From: a virus
Virus record (IMG/VR): IMGVR_UViG_3300014257_000015
Span: 32,001 to 96,000 of that record
Strand: one strand, 5' to 3'
DNA: 64,000 nucleotides
Shown: positions 35,867 to 45,386 of the stretch, piece after piece
Numbering within the stretch: the stretch's first letter is position 1
Layout: each line of letters begins with the position of its first letter
The notes under the pieces: generated by a model
Seen by the model: only the letters and a program-made list of their open reading frames with translations
Databases searched by the model: none
Told to the model about the DNA's origin: nothing
Translations under genes and position numbers: made by a program

Positions 35867-36823
35867 ATGACAACAGAAATCAAAAACACCTATCTGATGT
35901 GGATTGGAAAAGAACATTACGCCGATATCGCAGAGTGGACAGACGAAGCGATCAAACAAGGCATATCCAAGCGACTCCCAAACATGGAGATGGGTGCTGC
36001 GCTGATGGAACCTGGTGTGGTGATTTTTGTCGCGCACGACGAAGGCGAGAGCAAGCCGTGTCCGAGCTGCGCTGGAACAATACAATGTCCAGATTGCCGA
36101 AAGCGTTGGGTAGAGGGGGATCGCCTCGAAGAGCAAGGCGAGAACGTTGTCGTTGAAAATCCACAGATGGCTTCTCGCTTGTTTCAACGCAAGACGCAAT
36201 TGTACAAAGATTGCGAAAATTGTTCGACTTGTGGCGGAACAGGAAAGATTGAAGATGGGACGGGCGGCAGCGTGACTTTGATGTATGACGGGATTGTCAC
36301 AGAACGGTGGGATTACCGCAGGTACAACTACTGGCTCCATCAGCCGAAGCAATGGACGCCGAAGGATGTTGTGTCGAAAGATATGTGTTCCCATTGCGGT
36401 GGCACTGGTCGACTCCCAGAGGGGAAGGTTTTTGGGTTGTTTCTTCCCGACACAATCGAGTACATCCTGCCCGAAGGGGCTGATCCAGAACTTCAACAAG
36501 CCATCGAGGAACGAAAGATCAAGACAGTGACGATGGAAGAGGTGCGTCACGAAGAGCGGCGACGCTGCGGCATCAGAAAATCCGGGGGCGTGTACGTCGT
36601 GGCCTCGACGAAAACGAACGAACGAGATGCAAAAGAAATCGTTGTTGAGTTGGTGAAAGAGGGGAAGATCAACGCTGATGGAGTTGAAATCAACGGCGGT
36701 CTAATTCGATTCATCGAACCAATTGGTATTGATGTAAAGCGCTTTCGTGGGTTGAAGAAATGGAATCTAGACCCGAGGGCGGAACGTGAAGCTGAAATGA
36801 TCCTGGATGCCTTGGCCGGTTGA
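35867..36823 (+). CDS. protein with DnaJ-type CxxCxGxG zinc-finger repeats
   Basis: CPSCAG, CPDC, CSTCGGTG, CSHCGGTG. Confidence 0.75.
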   Translation: MTTEIKNTYLMWIGKEHYADIAEWTDEAIKQGISKRLPNMEMGAALMEPGVVIFVAHDEGESKPCPSCAGTIQCPDCRKRWVEGDRLEEQGENVVVENPQMASRLFQRKTQLYKDCENCSTCGGTGKIEDGTGGSVTLMYDGIVTERWDYRRYNYWLHQPKQWTPKDVVSKDMCSHCGGTGRLPEGKVFGLFLPDTIEYILPEGADPELQQAIEERKIKTVTMEEVRHEERRRCGIRKSGGVYVVASTKTNERDAKEIVVELVKEGKINADGVEINGGLIRFIEPIGIDVKRFRGLKKWNLDPRAEREAEMILDALAG

Positions 36824-36829
36824 AAGGAG

Positions 36830-36861
36830 GTGGCGAGGCGTCTTGATTGGCGCCTCGCCAC
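36830..36861 (+). terminator. strong hairpin, probable terminator or processing site
   Basis: GTGGCGAGGCG / CGCCTCGCCAC 11-bp perfect stem just after a stop; U-tract weak. Confidence 0.6.
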
Positions 36862-36886
36862 TTACACCACAGGCCAAAATTGGAAA

Positions 36887-36939
36887 CTAAACGGCGCGTG
36901 TAAACGAGCCGTATTGGAAGAAAAGGAGAACCGGCTATG
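36887..36939 (+). promoter_or_regulatory. second promoter class, TAAA-N16-GCCGTAT (sigma28/alternative-sigma-like), copy 1
   Basis: CTAAACG..GAGCCGTATTGGAAGAAAAGGAGAACCGGC, repeated with identical spacing at 38804. Confidence 0.6.
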
Positions 36940-37296
36940 AAAGAAAAACCAACCATATTGATTGTTGACGATGATCCAACACTCGCGCGCACTTACGCTC
37001 GGATGTTCAGGAAACAGTTCACAGTAATCACATCCAGCGATGTGAACGAGGCAGTGGCGTTGTTACGAGGCGGTGACATCGACATCTGCACTTCGGATTG
37101 GCGGATGCCAAACGGCGGTGGCCGAGCAATCATTGATGTGGCATCAGTGCCCGTTGTTTTGGTCACGGGAAGCTCCGAAGACCTCACATTGGAAGATAAA
37201 TTGAAGGTGTCGGCAATTGTCGATAAACCGTGCAACGCAGACGAATTGATGGGTGCGGTGTTTGCGTCCTTGTTGCTTCCTCGGGATGTGGGATGA
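36937..37296 (+). CDS. stand-alone response-regulator receiver domain
   Basis: ILIVDDD, SDWRMP (phospho-Asp), VLVTG, DKP. Confidence 0.9.
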   Translation: MKEKPTILIVDDDPTLARTYARMFRKQFTVITSSDVNEAVALLRGGDIDICTSDWRMPNGGGRAIIDVASVPVVLVTGSSEDLTLEDKLKVSAIVDKPCNADELMGAVFASLLLPRDVG

Positions 37297-37685
37297 CAAG
37301 GAAGACTTGGGGCCAGTCGCTTGTTCTCCTTGTGGTTGATGATCACGAGGAGATCTTGCGAACGCAAAAGGCGTTGTTGTCCCAAGAATTCGGCCTTGTG
37401 CTGACAGCGGCGACTGTGAAAGATGCTTTGGGATTACTCGCCCGAGCGCACATCGATATCGTGTTATGTGATTGGAATTTACCGGATGGCGTTGGGGCCG
37501 AAGTTGCTGGTGCTACTGAACGCCCCGTCGTCATCCACACAGGCGGATTCGAGGCCCTCCAGCCGTCCGAGATGGATCAGATTAGGCGAGCGGCTGGAGT
37601 GGTGGAGAAACCGACATCAAGGCGCGCTATGATTAAAGCGCTGCGTGAAGCCTACGAGCTTCGCAAAAGGAGCACAGAATGTTGA
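37293..37685 (+). CDS. stand-alone response-regulator receiver domain
   Basis: LLVVDDH, CDWNLPDG.G, VIHTG, EKP; ATGA overlap. Confidence 0.9.
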   Translation: MTRKTWGQSLVLLVVDDHEEILRTQKALLSQEFGLVLTAATVKDALGLLARAHIDIVLCDWNLPDGVGAEVAGATERPVVIHTGGFEALQPSEMDQIRRAAGVVEKPTSRRAMIKALREAYELRKRSTEC

Positions 37686-38185
37686 CACGCTTGATCACAA
37701 TTTTGATGCTAGTGGCATCCGGTTGTTCTGCTCCAGAGGGTTGGACCATCGACCCCGGCCCGTACACGGTCGACCAGTTTCTGGCAACAGCGGACATCGT
37801 CCTGTCGCGTGCTGAGGAGGAATTCCCCGGCGTGCGTGAAAAGGTTGAAGCCGAATCTCTCGACATTCGCGTTTTGCCGATGGACGAAACATTCATGCTT
37901 TGTCGCCAAGCCGCGAACACCGTAGGTTGTCGTATTCCAACACAACCCACTCCGATGTTGGTTATAGGCGTGCAACAAGATCCGTGTGGCGCCTTCACCA
38001 ATTTTGCGCACGAATTGGAACACCAAATACTCCGCACGCTCGGGAAAAACAGCGAGAGCAGCGAACACAAATACCCATATTTTGCATATTATTATTCCGA
38101 TTCAATTCCATCGACAGCACCGGCTTCGATCGATGAGTTGAATGCCGCTGATGTTACGGAACAAATCTGCGACTTCAGCGAATAA
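37679..38185 (+). CDS. putative lipoprotein with HExxH zinc-peptidase motif
   Basis: signal peptide ending VASG|C, FAHELEH. Confidence 0.65.
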   Translation: MLTRLITILMLVASGCSAPEGWTIDPGPYTVDQFLATADIVLSRAEEEFPGVREKVEAESLDIRVLPMDETFMLCRQAANTVGCRIPTQPTPMLVIGVQQDPCGAFTNFAHELEHQILRTLGKNSESSEHKYPYFAYYYSDSIPSTAPASIDELNAADVTEQICDFSE

Positions 38186-38226
38186 GGGTGAATTCACAAA
38201 GTACACGAAAGCAGGAGAACCGGCCC

Positions 38227-38793
38227 ATGTTTAAAGCAAACGATCACTTCCGAAGCGCAGCAACAACTGTGAGAAACGCTCCCAGCCCGAGTGCAGGGAA
38301 GTTTACGTTTGATTCAAAAAACGTGACAGGGTTGTTTGACGCCGCGCGTGCACAAGCGGGCGTTGAAAATGTTCGACCGTCCACCAGACAAGAGTTCAAG
38401 CACTCCACAGACGCATCATCTGTTTGCGAGGATAACCGCGAAACTCATTCCAAAGCAATGGCCCAACAAACCAGGATGCAAAAGCTTTTGGAATCAATTG
38501 CTGCCTCTCAAAAGCGCAAAGAAGAGGAGCAGCGACGGCGGATTGTATCGTCCACCACTCCGACTGAAGTGGCTGGAATAAAAATGGCCATCGAGCCATT
38601 GAAGAGCAAAGATCGATGCGATTTAGATGCGGACACAGAAAACGCTATTGCCTTGCTGTGTGAACTTTCTAGTGCACACTCCCAAGCATCTGAATCCATC
38701 CAGAACATCGTTGATTTGAAAAATCATCTCAATGAGGTTCTGATTGCGTTGAAAGAGATCGATGGATTGTTCAGCCTGAATCTCAAATGGTGA
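38227..38793 (+). CDS. hypothetical protein
   Basis: GGAGAACCGGCCCATG leader. Confidence 0.7.
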   Translation: MFKANDHFRSAATTVRNAPSPSAGKFTFDSKNVTGLFDAARAQAGVENVRPSTRQEFKHSTDASSVCEDNRETHSKAMAQQTRMQKLLESIAASQKRKEEEQRRRIVSSTTPTEVAGIKMAIEPLKSKDRCDLDADTENAIALLCELSSAHSQASESIQNIVDLKNHLNEVLIALKEIDGLFSLNLKW

Positions 38794-38803
38794 ATGTGAA
38801 GGG

Positions 38804-38856
38804 CTAAACGATTCGAGAGAAAGAGCCGTATTGGAAGAAAAGGAGAACCGGCCATG
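38804..38856 (+). promoter_or_regulatory. second promoter class, copy 2
   Basis: 30-nt identity with 36906-36935 plus CTAAACG 19 nt upstream. Confidence 0.6.
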
Positions 38857-39201
38857 TTAACAGAGCACCAATTCATTCTTGACACCGTCCACCAAGACCC
38901 AGAAACCAAACAATCATACAAGATTGTGTGGGAAGAGAAGATTCAAGGCGGAAAAGATGTTGAACGCCGTGTGGCAGTCGAAGAGATGGTTGTAGATGAA
39001 AGCAAGGGAACTGCTAAGTATCGCGTGATCACCGCTACGTGCTCATTGGATTGTGCAGCACCAAAATGGGCGCCAAGAACAAATTGGAAGGACACCTACG
39101 AGGCGGCGTTGGAACGCGCACAAGCTGTGTATTCTTGGAATTGTGATTACGCCCACGAACATGGATACAAGACGCCTTGCGAAATCATCGCAGGCAAATA
39201 G
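38854..39201 (+). CDS. hypothetical protein
   Basis: conserved leader. Confidence 0.75.
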   Translation: MLTEHQFILDTVHQDPETKQSYKIVWEEKIQGGKDVERRVAVEEMVVDESKGTAKYRVITATCSLDCAAPKWAPRTNWKDTYEAALERAQAVYSWNCDYAHEHGYKTPCEIIAGK

Positions 39202-39251
39202 CCAACGCCAACAGCAATAGGATATGATCAAAATAGAAAGGGGCATCAATC

Positions 39252-39455
39252 ATGAAGGGTAAATACCACACAGCGCACATTGAACACAATGGGACGACAT
39301 ACGAAGGGCACGGGAAGAGCGAAAAGGCTGCTTTGAAAAGTGCTTACGACAGGATGGCGAAGGCTTTAGGGGCCGATGTACCAAAGATGGAAGATTTGAC
39401 TGAACATGTTGTGGAGGAGAAATTTGGCCAATTGCCTCGAACCTTGAAGCGGTAG
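39252..39455 (+). CDS. small protein, dsRBD-like pattern
   Basis: YEGHGKSEKAALKSA resembles G.G.SKK.A...A. Confidence 0.45.
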   Translation: MKGKYHTAHIEHNGTTYEGHGKSEKAALKSAYDRMAKALGADVPKMEDLTEHVVEEKFGQLPRTLKR

Positions 39456-39503
39456 GCGGTTGGAAGATGGATCCAAGCATCAAGATTGGAACAAGTAGTA
39501 ACA

Positions 39504-40148
39504 ATGCGGTCGAACGAGTTCCGGGGTGTGAAAATTCACGAAGTGAAGAGGTTGTTGAAGGGCGGATTGCTTTTGCTCCTTGGGATTTCGTTTTCGTTGA
39601 TGCTTCAAATTTGGTTGCACCCAATCTTAGTTTCATTGGGAATAGTGGCACAGATTTCGATGTATGTCGTGGCAGCATCGAAGCAATGGAGGCTGTGGTT
39701 TTTGCGCCCAACTTTTTTCACACGTCGAGGGGTTGCTGTTTGGACAAACGGGCTGCCGGTGACGAAAGGTGCGATGGAGATGGCCGAAGAACGTTTCATC
39801 TCAGTACTTACTCGCGAGGCATCGCAATTCGTGACCGAGGGCGAGCTTTGGATGATGTTGCGCCACACTGGAATCGAGTGGACGAAAAAAGCAGTCCATG
39901 TGGACACTGGCTGTCACGATGTTTGGGATCAATATGGGATTCAGCACGGGTATCGTTTGGAAATTCGTTGGTCAGGGACGGTGTTGGAATCCCCGTTGTA
40001 TCATGAGCTTCTTCACGAGGTGAACGAAACGATCAGGCTACCAAAAATACAGCAAGCATTCGAACGTGCCTGCTTTCGAGAGCAGGATTGCCGCCACAGC
40101 GAAACAGATTGGTGGAAATTGGAGAAGACGCTGATGGGCGTCTTTTGA
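39504..40148 (+). CDS. membrane-anchored protein with HExxH motif
   Basis: two N-terminal hydrophobic helices; LYHELLHE. Confidence 0.6.
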   Translation: MRSNEFRGVKIHEVKRLLKGGLLLLLGISFSLMLQIWLHPILVSLGIVAQISMYVVAASKQWRLWFLRPTFFTRRGVAVWTNGLPVTKGAMEMAEERFISVLTREASQFVTEGELWMMLRHTGIEWTKKAVHVDTGCHDVWDQYGIQHGYRLEIRWSGTVLESPLYHELLHEVNETIRLPKIQQAFERACFREQDCRHSETDWWKLEKTLMGVF

Positions 40149-40160
40149 GAGGAATCGGCC

Positions 40161-40844
40161 ATGAAATCTAGAAACAAAGACACACATCCAGCCTACGGGG
40201 CAGCAGTATTCAGCCGAGCACAAGGGCACCCTGGGAAGCTATTTGGCAGTAATTTGAAAACACACAACAGCTTTGTGATACTCACGATCAAAGAGGCTGA
40301 GCAATACCACGACGAAGGCCGGGATTGGATACACCCTAGAAAAGAGTTGGCGCGTGTGTATTTCAGCGCCGCCCAATTTGCGCAACTAATCACCACGATG
40401 AACGTGGGTGACGGAACCCCTTGTACAATCAAGTACATGAACGGCGAGATTCCCGAGGCGCCAGACAACGAGACAGAGCACGAACGTTGTTATGATGGGT
40501 TCGAAGAGAAGGTGCACGAAATACACGCTGATGTTGAAGCGAATGTGAAAGAGCTTCAAGAGATGTTGGACACGAAACCAACGATTACAAAAACCGATAG
40601 GGCTAAGATCTCAGAGTTGCTTAGAACCATCCAAAGGGAAATGAAGCTCAACATACCATACCACATCGAAGCCTTCCAGGAAGCGGTTGAGAAAACGACG
40701 CAGCAAGCCAAGGCTGAGATTGATGCCACATTCACAACAGCCATACAGAAGGCTGGGGTGAAGGCAATTCGCGATAGTAGCGAGGCGATAGACGCGAAGT
40801 CTGCTCGGATTTGGAAGGCATTGGATGACGGAAAAGACGAATGA
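40161..40844 (+). CDS. hypothetical phage protein
   Basis: AGGAATCGGCCATG leader; 227 aa. Confidence 0.75.
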   Translation: MKSRNKDTHPAYGAAVFSRAQGHPGKLFGSNLKTHNSFVILTIKEAEQYHDEGRDWIHPRKELARVYFSAAQFAQLITTMNVGDGTPCTIKYMNGEIPEAPDNETEHERCYDGFEEKVHEIHADVEANVKELQEMLDTKPTITKTDRAKISELLRTIQREMKLNIPYHIEAFQEAVEKTTQQAKAEIDATFTTAIQKAGVKAIRDSSEAIDAKSARIWKALDDGKDE

Positions 40845-41446
40845 TCAAGGGGAAGATCAAAGGCCGTAGCGCTACATCTGTCATCATCGATGATCCAATA
40901 GAACAACGCGGTGATGGTTTGAATTTGGCTACGTTGTCGAAGAATGGAAGACTTGTAGTTAAGGCGTGTCGAAAAATAGCCGTATCGGCGCCGGATTACT
41001 ATGCGGCCTGGGCGTCAAGGGAGAAGAAATTCATTGTTTATAGAGACCCATTCACGGAAATTCCTTCAGAAGAATACGACAAACTCAAAGACGACACTAT
41101 TGATTTTGATATTTTAGAAGGTGGAAAGAGCGTTGGAAGGGATTCGGCTGGACCGACATCGGCTGACATCGTAAATCACGCGCACCTACACCTATCTGGT
41201 CAGCCGTTGCGTGGCCTAGGGTTGATAGGGAAGGTGACGAAGATTCATTCTTTAGATGCGTACAAGGCTGAATGCTTCGAAGGCATTATTAGTTGTACAA
41301 TTGGTTATTTTGATCGCGATGGTGATTTTATAGACGAGGTGTTACCATCCCACCCAATCGAAGAAGCGCCAATAACAATGACGATCGATGAATTCAGGGA
41401 TTGGGTTTTCAACGGTTCATTGGCGAAAAATGATAGAACAACATGA
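40841..41446 (+). CDS. hypothetical protein, tandem paralog A
   Basis: aligns by eye along most of its length with 41430-42062. Confidence 0.75.
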   Translation: MIKGKIKGRSATSVIIDDPIEQRGDGLNLATLSKNGRLVVKACRKIAVSAPDYYAAWASREKKFIVYRDPFTEIPSEEYDKLKDDTIDFDILEGGKSVGRDSAGPTSADIVNHAHLHLSGQPLRGLGLIGKVTKIHSLDAYKAECFEGIISCTIGYFDRDGDFIDEVLPSHPIEEAPITMTIDEFRDWVFNGSLAKNDRTT

Positions 41447-42062
41447 CGATGGATTGAATATGGCGACGTTATCCAAGAACGAAAGGCTTGTAGTCGATGC
41501 GTGTAGAAAGATAGCAACGACCGCACCTGATTACTACGCAACAAAGGACAACCTAGAATTCGTTTTGTTCAGAGATCCATTCACAGAAATACCTTCAGGA
41601 GAATACACAACGCTCAAGGATGGCGTCGTTGAGTTTGATGTATTGGAGGACGGGAAAAGCATTGGGAGACAGCGCGAGTTGCAACAGTGTGATATCGTGA
41701 ACCACATCCCGAAACATCTTTCTGGTCGAAGCCTACGCGTATTGTCCATGATAATAGGGAAGGTGACTAAGATGCACCCATTTGGTGTATACAAAGCAGA
41801 ATGCTATGAACGAGATATCCCTTGTACGATTGGTTTTTTCGATTCCAATGGTGATTTCATGCACGAGACGCAACCGCCGGAAGTGAATGGTGAAGCGCCG
41901 TTAACGATGACAATTGAAGCGCCGTTAACGATGACAATTGATGAGTTGAGGAATTGGGTTTCCAAAGGCGCCCTAACTACGGGTGGGGCGTCCAGGATGC
42001 TTGCTGATTCTGTGTTGGCAACTGCTGGCTGGGCAGCCAAGAAGAAAAGGATGCCAAAATGA
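41430..42062 (+). CDS. hypothetical protein, tandem paralog B
   Basis: GLNMATLSKNERLVVDACRKIA..RDPFTEIPS; internal 24-nt duplication 41891-41938. Confidence 0.75.
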   Translation: MIEQHDDGLNMATLSKNERLVVDACRKIATTAPDYYATKDNLEFVLFRDPFTEIPSGEYTTLKDGVVEFDVLEDGKSIGRQRELQQCDIVNHIPKHLSGRSLRVLSMIIGKVTKMHPFGVYKAECYERDIPCTIGFFDSNGDFMHETQPPEVNGEAPLTMTIEAPLTMTIDELRNWVSKGALTTGGASRMLADSVLATAGWAAKKKRMPK

Positions 42063-42352
42063 ATAATCACAGACGACCTCGGAACAGAGAAGAAGCGTTG
42101 AAGAGATTCGATGGCCAATTTGGAATGAATACGACATCGAAAGACAACGTTGATTCAAAGTTTTTGGTCTGGTTTGAAGCCCAATTTGGGCCAGAACCTT
42201 TGCCTGGCGTAACAATTTTTGATTTGTTTGAACGGATAGCGTCTATGGCTGCCGAAGAGTTGCGTGTGAAACAGCAATTGGAGCGAAAGGAACTTTGGGA
42301 AGCGCATCGCGATGCTGCATTAAAGGCCTGGTGCGCAAAGCGCTCAGCTTGA
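42059..42352 (+). CDS. hypothetical protein
   Basis: ATGA overlap. Confidence 0.6.
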   Translation: MNNHRRPRNREEALKRFDGQFGMNTTSKDNVDSKFLVWFEAQFGPEPLPGVTIFDLFERIASMAAEELRVKQQLERKELWEAHRDAALKAWCAKRSA

Positions 42353-42566
42353 ATTGGTGAATTACCAATAGAGTTATCATGGTGCTAGTAGGCACAAGAA
42401 CATGGAGGGTTGGGATGAAAAAGCACGTGTTGTACTATGCGCAGCAAGACGAGGAGTTGGAGCAGCGCAAGCTCGAAGCTATGACGGTGGCCGAGGCTAA
42501 GATTGTGATGTTGATTTTGGTGGTGATGGTTGCCGTCGTTGTATGGATTGGATTAGCAGTTTGATG

Positions 42567-42659
42567 TTGCCCGCAATTCGGCGGGTAAGTCGGTGATCCG
42601 TGGAAACTTTGATGTTTATAAGGTCTCACGCCAGCACGTTGGATAAGCGGATCGCCGAC
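42567..42659 (+). ncRNA. candidate structured RNA / leader
   Basis: TTGCCCGC/GCGGGTAA hairpin then 12-bp GTCGGTGATCCG/CGGATCGCCGAC closing stem with G-U pair; intergenic. Confidence 0.4.
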
Positions 42660-42679
42660 ACAAACGAGGAGAACCGGCC

Positions 42680-42883
42680 ATGATAGAACCAAAGCAGAAG
42701 AAAGACAGGGTGGAAAATCTCCATTATAAGGTGGTTTTGAGCGAGGAAGATCTTTTCACGCTGAGCCAATCAAAGCTTGAACCGAATGCACAATTGGTCG
42801 TGCAAAAAATACTTCAAACCGCGATTGAGACCAAACGCATCACGCTGAAGCCGTTCAAAGAATCGGTGCTAGGCGAGAAGTGA
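42680..42883 (+). CDS. hypothetical protein
   Basis: conserved leader. Confidence 0.7.
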   Translation: MIEPKQKKDRVENLHYKVVLSEEDLFTLSQSKLEPNAQLVVQKILQTAIETKRITLKPFKESVLGEK

Positions 42884-43275
42884 TGGCGCGGCGCAATTGT
42901 TGTAATGGTGATTGTTGTCGACGTTTTACAATTCCGTATTCTCCTGATGAAATTGCTGAGAACTATCGCGCTTGGCAGGCGTGTGAATTGAATGGGGATC
43001 AAGGAGAAGACCGCCTTGGACACCGTATCGTTGAAGAGATTTGGCTGATTGCTCCGATGCTTCGATACATCGGGGAAAGAAACACAACACCGGCCGGGAA
43101 GAAACTAGATTCCCCGTGCCATTGGTACACGTGTGTACACTTTGATGGGAAAGATTGCGGCATTTACAAGATTAGACCAAAGATGTGTCGTGATTACCCA
43201 TATGGTCGAAAGTGCCAATATCCTGGATGTCGACACACGAACAGGAAACGCCGCGAAGCTCGATGCGTTGGATGA
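42880..43275 (+). CDS. YkgJ-family cysteine-cluster (Zn/Fe-chelating) protein
   Basis: CCNGDCC, CVHFDGKDCGIYKIRPKMCRDYP. Confidence 0.75.
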   Translation: MMARRNCCNGDCCRRFTIPYSPDEIAENYRAWQACELNGDQGEDRLGHRIVEEIWLIAPMLRYIGERNTTPAGKKLDSPCHWYTCVHFDGKDCGIYKIRPKMCRDYPYGRKCQYPGCRHTNRKRREARCVG

Positions 43276-43286
43276 AAGGAACGAAA

Positions 43287-44036
43287 ATGGCCTGGATCGA
43301 TATTCTGGAAAAACACATCAAAGCGCTGGAGCAGGCTGATTTCCCGCCTAATTCCATCTGCCAGCACACTGGTGTAACGATAGAGGGCATGAGGCTGGAA
43401 GCGTGGGTTGGAATTGTGATTTGCGGTGCTAGTCTGACCATCACTATGTATGGTAAAAAACCACGAGCAAAAATGGTGTTTGATGATTGGAGAGAAAAGA
43501 TTGAATCTAGAATAGGGAAAGTGATGCATTCGTGGAATGGGGAAGAGGGCTGCGCTGGCGTCACTTTTGTTCTGGATAGAATAGCGCCAATTGATTTCTT
43601 CTTGGCAATAGAACGATATAGGTCGATAAAGGATGTTTTCAACCTAACACCAAAAGAGAAAGAAGGCTTCGAGGAGTTCAATAGAGCTTGGTTGGCATCG
43701 ATAAAAAGGCAGGGGATTGGAATCAAATCGCCGAAGAAATCTTGCAAAATCAAATTTAAGATGAAGGTTGATGCGTTGATTGGCGAAATTTGGGATGCTG
43801 AGATGATGATAGCCGGGGACACGTGGAAGGTGTTGACGGATTCGAGGATTGCCAGGTTGGAATTCAGAGCGGGTGGTGAAAACCGTTCCGCCAAGTCATC
43901 CCTCTACAAAGCAGGCGATATGGTCCAATTGTTGAATTTGATTGAACGTACGTTGGCAAAAATGAAGCCTAACTCGTTGACTACCGAACAATCCAAACGT
44001 CATCGCCAAGCCAAATCCAAATGGACACGTCCATGA
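43287..44036 (+). CDS. hypothetical protein
   Basis: AAGGA RBS; 249 aa. Confidence 0.6.
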   Translation: MAWIDILEKHIKALEQADFPPNSICQHTGVTIEGMRLEAWVGIVICGASLTITMYGKKPRAKMVFDDWREKIESRIGKVMHSWNGEEGCAGVTFVLDRIAPIDFFLAIERYRSIKDVFNLTPKEKEGFEEFNRAWLASIKRQGIGIKSPKKSCKIKFKMKVDALIGEIWDAEMMIAGDTWKVLTDSRIARLEFRAGGENRSAKSSLYKAGDMVQLLNLIERTLAKMKPNSLTTEQSKRHRQAKSKWTRP

Positions 44037-44248
44037 AGGGGAAGTCGATGAACAAAGCAGAAATTCGCAGATTCGCTTGGCATCTATGTGCCGCTGATTT
44101 AGAGGCGCATTATGACAACGCCGAGGGGTTTGAAGTGATTGACCAAGACGTTGAGCACACTGAAGAAGAGGAGAAAGAGTTCAGAGCAACGCTGAGGAGA
44201 ATAATCAATTTGTTGTATCGTTACGCAGGCGTAAAGAGGGCGCTTTGA
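44033..44248 (+). CDS. hypothetical protein
   Basis: ATGA overlap. Confidence 0.6.
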   Translation: MKGKSMNKAEIRRFAWHLCAADLEAHYDNAEGFEVIDQDVEHTEEEEKEFRATLRRIINLLYRYAGVKRAL

Positions 44249-44361
44249 AAAGGTACTTTCAATCCAAAAAAAAGCACCTCTGTACGTCGATTTTGGTCGA
44301 CTTCCAATTCAATTGGAGCTAGAATCATAATATAACGAAACGAACGAAGGAACCGGCCATG
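44247..44361 (+). promoter_or_regulatory. promoter cassette, near-identical to 6725-6834
   Basis: TCGACT(44297)-17nt-TAGAAT(44320), palindrome, leader. Confidence 0.88.
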
Positions 44362-44973
44362 ACAGTACGAATCGAAAAATCCAACGGTAAGTTGATTGTC
44401 AATTCCCCGTACAACCCAAATTTCGTGAAACACGCGCGCACTCGCGGGAAATGGAACTCATCGAAGAAGGCTTGGGTGTTCGACGAGCGTGACGAAGATT
44501 GGGTGCGCGATATGTGCAAAAACGTCTATGGCACCGACGGCTCGGACGCGAATGAACCTGGTGTAAGCGTACGCATCGAGCTTCGCGGTGAAGGCGTCGA
44601 GGCAACCGGAAACGCTGGATGGGAGTCGTTGTGCATCGACGGCATCACGCTCGTCACCAGGTCGCACCGCGATCGGCCTGTGATCTTCTCTGACAACGTC
44701 GTGTTGGTAAAGGGCGGTTTCCCGGACAGCGGCGGCTCTGTTAAGTGGCCAGCCGTCCAGCCAGATGACGGCACTGTAGTTGAGCTTCGGGACATCCCAG
44801 CTCGCAAGGCCGAGGAACTGATGGCTGCTTATCCAGAAACTGTTCGGCGTGTTGGGTCGTACCCTGGCGACGAACAGCGCGAGAAGCTGTTGGCCGAGGG
44901 GAAGCGTTGTTTGTCTCGGCTGCGCGAAATTGAGGCGCTGTTGGGCGAGTGCATCGTGGTCGATCACGAATAG
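44359..44973 (+). CDS. hypothetical phage protein
   Basis: conserved leader; SPYNPNFV..AR..GKW; visibly GC-richer than neighbours. Confidence 0.8.
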   Translation: MTVRIEKSNGKLIVNSPYNPNFVKHARTRGKWNSSKKAWVFDERDEDWVRDMCKNVYGTDGSDANEPGVSVRIELRGEGVEATGNAGWESLCIDGITLVTRSHRDRPVIFSDNVVLVKGGFPDSGGSVKWPAVQPDDGTVVELRDIPARKAEELMAAYPETVRRVGSYPGDEQREKLLAEGKRCLSRLREIEALLGECIVVDHE

Positions 44974-45023
44974 CAGATATACAATCGCTGCCACTTAGGA
45001 ACCAAACTCGCACGAGGTGAAGC

Positions 45024-45383
45024 GTGAAAACAGACGATCAACGAGCTTCCAAAAAATTCGAGGTAGGCGATGTTGTTGTGAAGTTCCACCGCCGTGATTT
45101 CGTAATCAGAAAAGTAGCCAAGTCGCTGAAGAGGTACGTTGTTCTATCCGACGGTTCGAAATACTCGCACATCGGGGAAGAATACCCTGCCGAACGCGGC
45201 ACTGTATTTTCCACCTATATTATCCCTGCAACGCCCGATCACATCGCAGTTTACAAAAAGAGAATGAGATGGAGTGGCATTGAGAAGAAATTCAACGAGT
45301 TGAAAGAGCGAAGCAGCGAGTTGAAGATGGATGTCTTGAATTCACTATTTCGAGCATTGGAAAGTGCTTCAAACAAGAGGTGA
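45024..45383 (+). CDS. hypothetical protein
   Basis: GAGGTG RBS. Confidence 0.65.
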   Translation: MKTDDQRASKKFEVGDVVVKFHRRDFVIRKVAKSLKRYVVLSDGSKYSHIGEEYPAERGTVFSTYIIPATPDHIAVYKKRMRWSGIEKKFNELKERSSELKMDVLNSLFRALESASNKR

Positions 45384-45386
45384 CGT

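Noticed and set aside
40841-40900. Terminase Walker-B-like GRSATSVIIDDP at a protein N-terminus
   Set aside because: Only ~12 residues, with no other terminase motifs; chance or a tiny relic.
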